From Hyphomonadaceae bacterium (GTDB taxonomy: Bacteria > Pseudomonadota > Alphaproteobacteria > Caulobacterales > Hyphomonadaceae), in assembly GCA_041987265.1 (NCBI GenBank), contig JBHIWT010000001.1, positions 1-60,609 of the forward strand: a DNA stretch of 60,609 nucleotides, in the 5' to 3' direction. Position numbers and translations under genes: made by a program. Below, piece by piece: positions 56,397-60,609 of the stretch (positions are counted from its first letter, which is position 1; each line of letters starts with the position of its first letter). The notes under the pieces were generated by a model. The model was given only the letters and a program-made list of their open reading frames with translations, was not told where the DNA came from and searched no databases.

Positions 56397-57095
56397 TCAG
56401 TTTTCGTAGGCGTCGGCCAGAGATTCAAGGGCGTGCGCTAACCGGTCGGCGATGGTTCGCGAAGGGAAGCCATAGCGCTTTGCGAGCCACTTGAGGCTGC
56501 GGGCCTCGACGCAGGCCAACCATGACAATGAGAATGACGGATCGCCGGCGCGGGCGCGGATGCGCGATAGCTTGATGCGGGCGCGGGCGCCAGCGTCGAC
56601 GCCGCCGCCGCGCCAGACCCGCCGCGCGTCGCGATCGCTGGGGATCGCGGACCAGTTCATCACCAGCCCGCTTTGACGCGTGGAGGTTTCAGCGTCCTTG
56701 ATCAGTTCGATGCCGGCGGCGGCGGCGCGGCGGGTGAGCGGCCCTTCCCCGCGTTCGGCCTGGCGGACGAGGCCCTGGAACCCAGCGCCGCGGGCGCGCT
56801 TGTGCGGGGCGCTTGCGAGTTGGAATGCGAGATCGGGTGTGGGTTCTCTCGCATGGGCTGAGTTGGTGTTGTTGCAAGGCGCAGTGTCGGCGCGGACGAG
56901 GCCGCCGCCGGGCGCCTCGCGCAGGCGGCCACTGGCGAGCAGGCGTGCGGCGGAGGCGAAGTCGAGCCGGGCGAGCGACCGGGTGCGGGCGTCGCCGCGC
57001 GCGTGAACGCTCCAGCCATCGGCGCCGCGCAGCAGGCGACGCCCGGAGATGTCGAGTGCGCGCAGGACCCGCGCTTCGTCGACGGTAAGGATCAT
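56397..57095 (-). CDS. GafZ-like / DUF6456-like protein with C-terminal sigma-r4-like HTH (tentative)
   Basis: The ATG at 57095 overlaps the upstream stop (ATGA). The C-terminus WLACVEARSLKWLAKRYGFPSRTIADRLAHALESLA looks like an HTH. The upstream 161 codons of the 393-aa ORF-track entry overlap the real gene 57092..57448. Confidence 0.55.
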   Translation of the reverse strand: MILTVDEARVLRALDISGRRLLRGADGWSVHARGDARTRSLARLDFASAARLLASGRLREAPGGGLVRADTAPCNNTNSAHAREPTPDLAFQLASAPHKRARGAGFQGLVRQAERGEGPLTRRAAAAGIELIKDAETSTRQSGLVMNWSAIPSDRDARRVWRGGGVDAGARARIKLSRIRARAGDPSFSLSWLACVEARSLKWLAKRYGFPSRTIADRLAHALESLADAYEN

Positions 57096-57448
57096 GCGGC
57101 GCGTCCGGTCATGGGCTGAGGCGCGGCGCGGATGCTGGCTTCGAGTTGCGATATCCAATCGTCGAATTGCGGCTCGTCGCGGCGATCTTCGATGATGTGA
57201 CAGGCGTGGGAAACGGTAGAGCGGTCGCGTCCGAAGGCGGCGGCGACGCGGGCGAGCGACATTTCGAGCGCGACGTGCGTCAGGTACATCGACACCTGGC
57301 GGGCGAAGGACGCCTCCGCCGTGCCGCGCGTGTTGGCCTGCACCTCCTCCTGCGGGATATCGAGTGCGTAGGCGATGATGGCTGCCACCATGCCTGCACG
57401 CGCCTCGTCGTGGGCGCGCTCGCGTCGTCTGAACATATCCAACTCCAT
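57092..57448 (-). CDS. DnaA domain-IV-like HTH protein (GafY-like candidate)
   Basis: ASFARQVSMYLTHVALEMSLARVAAAFGRDRSTVSHACHIIEDRR matches the Bac_DnaA_C pattern (R..AMYL....S...IG..FG.RDH.TV.HA). Confidence 0.7.
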   Translation of the reverse strand: MELDMFRRRERAHDEARAGMVAAIIAYALDIPQEEVQANTRGTAEASFARQVSMYLTHVALEMSLARVAAAFGRDRSTVSHACHIIEDRRDEPQFDDWISQLEASIRAAPQPMTGRAA

Positions 57449-57493
57449 TGGCCTGACGCTTCAACATCAGGCCATTTGCGGAGGTGTAGGATA

Positions 57494-57530
57494 ATAGGAA
57501 TGTAATCCTAATTATATACATGACAAAGCG
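57494..57530 (+). repeat. left terminal repeat ATAGGAATGTAATCCTAATTATATACATGACAAAGCG
   Basis: Read directly. See the mobile element entry. Confidence 0.8.
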
Positions 57531-57717
57531 ATCCGAAACCCCTACAGAAACAACCGACAGGCCGGCATTTGAAATCACGCCCGAGATGGCGCGGGGCGGG
57601 GAAAGAGTTTTGTTGGACTCGGGGCTACTCAGTTATCCTGAAGCGTGCGCCTCTACGGCGGTAGAGGTTTTCCGTGTGATGCTAGCCATTCACGCAGCCG
57701 CTGGTCAAAAGCGGTGA
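57520..57717 (+). CDS. candidate 65-aa protein, start inside the left terminal repeat
   Basis: MTKRSETPTETTDRPAFEITPEMARGGERVLLDSGLL... Overlaps the 3' end of the convergent ORF by 65 nt. Coding status is uncertain. Confidence 0.35.
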   Translation: MTKRSETPTETTDRPAFEITPEMARGGERVLLDSGLLSYPEACASTAVEVFRVMLAIHAAAGQKR

Positions 57718-58228
57718 GCCGGTTCCGCAGATCCCAGAAGCTGTTCGTGGAATCTTTGAGTTCCTTCAGGTTCATTTGCTTCATGGAGTAGCCATCGTAC
57801 TGGACGAAATGATGAGAAAGCGGAGGAGTCACGACCATCTCCCATTTGTCGGGTTCGTCAGTCAGGGCTCGTTCAACCACCATACCGTGGGCGAGGGTAT
57901 TTCGCTTCATCGCTTTCTTGCGGAGCCTCTCACAAAGCCCACCGTTTCCGGTCGGTTTGATCCACTCCTCCAAAAGCGGATCGCCTTGGAGTAGTGTCCG
58001 CAGGGTCGCATCCGTCATCTTGCGTTTGGTGTCGAATATGACCACCGAATGGAACGCAGCGGCAGCGACATACTTGGAGCGCGGCAGTGATGCGACATAA
58101 TACAACTCGAAGAGGGACTCTTCGATCAGGCTCCAGGCGTGGAGCCCTTCAGCCACGTGCCGCCACATCTTGGCGGTTTCATCGAGTAGCGCCTTCGCAT
58201 TGTGCGAATTGCTGGGTTTATCGGCCAT
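57653..58228 (-). CDS. hypothetical protein with HEPN-type motif RNTLAH (Abi-like candidate RNase)
   Basis: The ATG at 58228 follows GGGGGA. The sequence looks all-helical. AMKRNTLAHG fits the HEPN Rx4-6H (RNxxAH) signature. The family call is tentative. Confidence 0.5.
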   Translation of the reverse strand: MADKPSNSHNAKALLDETAKMWRHVAEGLHAWSLIEESLFELYYVASLPRSKYVAAAAFHSVVIFDTKRKMTDATLRTLLQGDPLLEEWIKPTGNGGLCERLRKKAMKRNTLAHGMVVERALTDEPDKWEMVVTPPLSHHFVQYDGYSMKQMNLKELKDSTNSFWDLRNRLTAFDQRLREWLASHGKPLPP

Positions 58229-58362
58229 GACATCCCCCACTAAAGACCAGCGGTTCAACGACGCCCTCAAGCGGATGCTGGAAAGTCCGCCGAAGGAGAA
58301 CAAAGAGCTTCAGGACAAGTCGCGCGAAGAGCGCGGGTATTGGTCGCCGAAGCGGGGCCGAC

Positions 58363-58722
58363 CTAGTCAAGGTTCAACCAAGCGAGATAGCCAGAAACGA
58401 TGAGCGCAATGATCGCGACTACTATCGCCAGCGCAGCGATAATGTTGGCTCTCTTGGCGTGTTTGTTTGCCTCTCGCGCTTCGGTTGCTGCGTCCCGAGC
58501 CGCATCCGCAGCAGCCCAAGCCGCATCTTTGGCAGACCGGCTAATTTCCATCTGTTCGGCTTGGGAAGATTCTTTGCGCGAGCGTTCTCGCGACGCTAGC
58601 GCAGCCTCCAAGTAATTCTTCTTCGCCTCGTCGAAGACGCCGCCCGCGATTTTCTGCCGGATGATTTCTTCAGGCACTTCTGCAAGCGTTTGATCTAGCT
58701 TTGCCTTGGTTTCTTCTCGCAT
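58363..58722 (-). CDS. tail-anchored coiled-coil membrane protein, unknown function
   Basis: Charged helical N-terminal part and a single C-terminal TM segment IIAALAIVVAIIALIVSGYLAWL. The ATG at 58722 is preferred. The ORF opens at 58764. Confidence 0.45.
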   Translation of the reverse strand: MREETKAKLDQTLAEVPEEIIRQKIAGGVFDEAKKNYLEAALASRERSRKESSQAEQMEISRSAKDAAWAAADAARDAATEAREANKHAKRANIIAALAIVVAIIALIVSGYLAWLNLD

Positions 58723-58750
58723 CGTCCCGCCCTTATCCAGCGCAAAACTG

Positions 58751-58786
58751 CTAGGAATCCTCATCGGAGTCGATACCTCGCAAAGC
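58751..58786 (+). repeat. degenerate internal copy of the terminal repeat
   Basis: TAGGAAT...ATAC.T..CAAAGCG at the same spacing as the left end (22 of 36 positions). Lies 44 nt past the transposase stop, where a minimal IS end would be expected. Confidence 0.4.
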
Positions 58787-58829
58787 GGCCTGCTTGGCCG
58801 CCCAGCGGAAGTACATACGGGCTAGTTGC

Positions 58830-59828
58830 TTAGGCGAGCGCGGCCTTACCAATCCGCCGATAGGTCAGGCGCTTGCCGCCTGTGGCCTTGAGCAAAGCGG
58901 CGTGGCGCTTCTGGTCGTTCCAGCCCAGCGCCGCGCGGCGGTTGTAGCGGAAGTCGAACTCGCGGAGGTAGCGGAACAGGTGGCCTTCGCCGCAGTGCTG
59001 GTAGACGCCCGTCATGCCGCGCTTGAATACGGAGAACACGTTCTCAATCGTGTTGGTGTGGACCTCGCCGCGCACGTACTCCTTCTTGGAGTGGTTGACC
59101 GTCTCGTGCTTGGCGTACTCTTCGCCCGTCGCGGTGTAGAGGCCGGACTGGTCGGTGTAGAGCTTCGATTTGCGCGAGGCGTTCTTCACGAGGATATCGC
59201 GAACCTGTTTCTTGGTCGCGACACGGACATGGAAGGACCGAACCGAACCGCCGCGCTCGACCAGAGCAACAACGGTGCGCTTCTGGTAGCCGCCGCGCTT
59301 GCCGCCCTTGAGGTAGGGACGCCCCTTGCGTTGCGGGGAGACGTGCGGAACGTCGCGCTTGCCAATATAGGTCTCGTCAGCCTCCACGGTCTTGCCTTCG
59401 CCGCCCAGAGGGCCGGACGTTGAATTGTCCTCGCCCATGGCTTCACGGATGCGATGCATCATGAACCATGCGGTCTTGTAGGTGACGCCGATAGAGCGGT
59501 GGATCTGGTGTGCGGACACGCCCTTCTTGGACGTGGACATCATGTAGGTAGCGGCCAGCCATTTGTTGAGCGGAACCTTGGAGCGTTCGAAAATGGTCTT
59601 GACCGTGACCGTGAATTGCTGGCGGCAGGCGTTGCACTGGTACAGGCCCTTGCGCTCCACGCCCTTGGGGTGCGCCTTGGACGGCGCAGAGCGTGCACCC
59701 TTGATCGCGGTCGCGTGCTCAGAGGTGGCTCCGCAGTGCGGGCAGACCGGCCCGTTCGGCCAGCGCTGCGCTTCCAGATGTTCGCGGGCTTTATCCGCGT
59801 CTTGGAAAATCGGGTTTGTGAGGTCCAT
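58830..59828 (-). CDS. IS1595-family transposase (zinc ribbon + DDE)
   Basis: CPHCG...CNACRQQF zinc ribbon, VEADETYIG, LYTDQSGLY, HTNTIENVFSVFKRGMTGVYQH...YLREFDFRYNRR. AGGAGA upstream. Confidence 0.9.
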   Translation of the reverse strand: MDLTNPIFQDADKAREHLEAQRWPNGPVCPHCGATSEHATAIKGARSAPSKAHPKGVERKGLYQCNACRQQFTVTVKTIFERSKVPLNKWLAATYMMSTSKKGVSAHQIHRSIGVTYKTAWFMMHRIREAMGEDNSTSGPLGGEGKTVEADETYIGKRDVPHVSPQRKGRPYLKGGKRGGYQKRTVVALVERGGSVRSFHVRVATKKQVRDILVKNASRKSKLYTDQSGLYTATGEEYAKHETVNHSKKEYVRGEVHTNTIENVFSVFKRGMTGVYQHCGEGHLFRYLREFDFRYNRRAALGWNDQKRHAALLKATGGKRLTYRRIGKAALA

Positions 59829-59864
59829 GGCTGTTCTCCTATTGACAACAATAGGGATTCAGCG

Positions 59865-59901
59865 CGCTTTGTCAAGTATATAATTAGGAATGTAATCCTA
59901 T
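59865..59901 (-). repeat. right terminal repeat (plus strand CGCTTTGTCAAGTATATAATTAGGAATGTAATCCTAT)
   Basis: Read directly. Lies 36 nt upstream of the transposase ATG. Confidence 0.8.
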
Positions 59902-60039
59902 CGTCAATTTGGCTGATGTTGTGGGCGCGGGCGGGCGCGGCGCAAGGAATTGTGGCGGCTGGGGACGGGACGCGCCCCGGGAGGCGGGATAGACGCCCAG
60001 CGCTGTGCGGATGAAACCGGCGGACAGCGGTCTGGCCGG

Positions 60040-60609
60040 CTAGAAGAGGTCCTGCTGGCCGGGTGCAGCTTTGCGCCGGGGGCTGGACGGCCGCATGTCC
60101 CATGCGCCGTTGTCTTCATACGTCTTGAGCGTGGCCTGGATGTCCTCGAGGGATGCTGGCGTATCGCCCAGCCAGACCGGGATGTCGCTTTCGTGCATCA
60201 CGGCGGGCATGCGCTGGTCCGGATCGGCGACGACAAATTCGGATATGCCCTTGTTCGCCTTTGTGGTGCACATGACGAACTCGCAGGTTTGCGCGCCGGG
60301 CGTTTCGTGGTTGCGGAAGATCACGGCGATGGCGAGGCGCGAACCGTCCTTGGGGCGGATTGTCCATTGCACGGTCCTGGTGTTGCCGGTGGGCGTTATC
60401 CGGTCCGGTTTGTAGGTCGGGACCTCCTGCCCCTCGTTGAAGCTGCTGACGATCAAGAGGCCGCGCCGGGCTTCGAAGTGGGGGCGCCATAGTCTTGATT
60501 CGAGAAGCTTGTCGTCGCGAGCATGGATATGGTCGGGGTATTCACGGCCGTTCTTGAGCCTGGTGAAGCCCCAGCGCATCTGCGTGATGACGCGTTCGCC
60601 GTTGTCGTT
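60040..60609 (-). CDS. SOS-response-associated peptidase (SRAP/YedK family), 5' end beyond window
   Basis: MRWGF, HARDDKLLESRLWRPHFEARRGLLIVSSFNE, and TTKANKGISEF...RMPAVM..IPVWLG follow the SRAP pattern. The frame remains open to the last base of the window. Confidence 0.75.
   Translation of the reverse strand, partial: NDNGERVITQMRWGFTRLKNGREYPDHIHARDDKLLESRLWRPHFEARRGLLIVSSFNEGQEVPTYKPDRITPTGNTRTVQWTIRPKDGSRLAIAVIFRNHETPGAQTCEFVMCTTKANKGISEFVVADPDQRMPAVMHESDIPVWLGDTPASLEDIQATLKTYEDNGAWDMRPSSPRRKAAPGQQDLF

Larger units (their letters stand above)
57494..59901 (-). mobile_element. IS1595-family element with about 1.2 kb of cargo, bounded by 37-nt imperfect inverted repeats
   Basis: The ends at 57494..57530 and 59865..59901 match 32 of 37 positions in inverted alignment. 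Transposase gene at 58830..59828. The interior is visibly AT-richer than the flanks. A degenerate third end copy lies at 58751..58786. Confidence 0.65.

Noticed and set aside
56397-57578. Single 393-aa ORF as listed in the track
   Set aside because: Its first 161 codons overlap the well-supported DnaA-C-like gene 57092..57448 in another frame and are Arg-rich noise. The real start is the ATGA-coupled ATG at 57095.
57486-59909. 8-bp target-site duplication expected for IS1595-family insertion
   Set aside because: The flanks GTAGGATA (left) and CGTCAATT (right) do not match. Only the 16-nt direct repeat inside the ends is shared, so no conventional TSD can be claimed.
1-60609. CRISPR arrays, tRNA and rRNA genes
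   Set aside because: By-eye scanning of the intergenic regions found no regularly spaced direct repeats and no tRNA-like T-arm or anticodon-arm architecture. A tRNAscan/Infernal run would be the decisive check.

Overview
High-GC alphaproteobacterial chromosomal segment. The taxon is a guess from gene content: cbb3 fixNOQP-GHIS, FixL/FixK, CpaA and a GafYZ-like pair. Everything was read by eye, with no searches or computed statistics. Landmarks, in order: (1) a partial exported protein. (2) A putative Zur-controlled ABC ATPase / FtsX-type permease / DUF3299 operon. (3) A TetR-linked locus with a lipoprotein PQQ quinohemoprotein dehydrogenase, an esterase, and two paralogous exported proteins of unknown function. 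(4) An oxygen-response block: a FixL-like heme-PAS hybrid kinase, an OmpR-type regulator, a FixK-like regulator, and the complete ccoNOQP-ccoGHIS locus. That locus includes ccoQ and ccoS, which fall below the ORF-track size cut-off. The block has three FNR/FixK-type boxes. (5) A TonB-dependent receptor, a membrane-bound winged-helix regulator and a PD40-amidohydrolase. (6) A DABA-transaminase / M24 hydrolase / M20 deacylase / ALDH catabolic cluster that resembles ectoine catabolism. (7) An orphan prepilin peptidase, a TPR protein and a PT-repeat lipoprotein. (8) ptrB, msrB, and a GAF-PAS hybrid kinase with a CheY-like regulator. (9) An FG-GAP lipoprotein, a Coq4-like protein, a GPH transporter with no canonical start codon, and an AT-richer single gene. 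(10) MaoC, a membrane-anchored RHH/EF-hand protein, and MFS and membrane proteins. (11) A DnaA-C-like HTH gene plus a downstream partner that resemble the GTA activators GafY/GafZ. (12) A 2.4-kb AT-richer IS1595-family element with unusual ends. Its cargo includes a protein with a HEPN-type RNxxAH motif, and it sits directly upstream of the GafY-like gene. (13) A partial SRAP gene. No rRNA, tRNA or CRISPR array was recognised. The IS-borne HEPN cargo unit, the RHH/EF-hand protein and the paralog pair around the quinohemoprotein are the most worthwhile leads.
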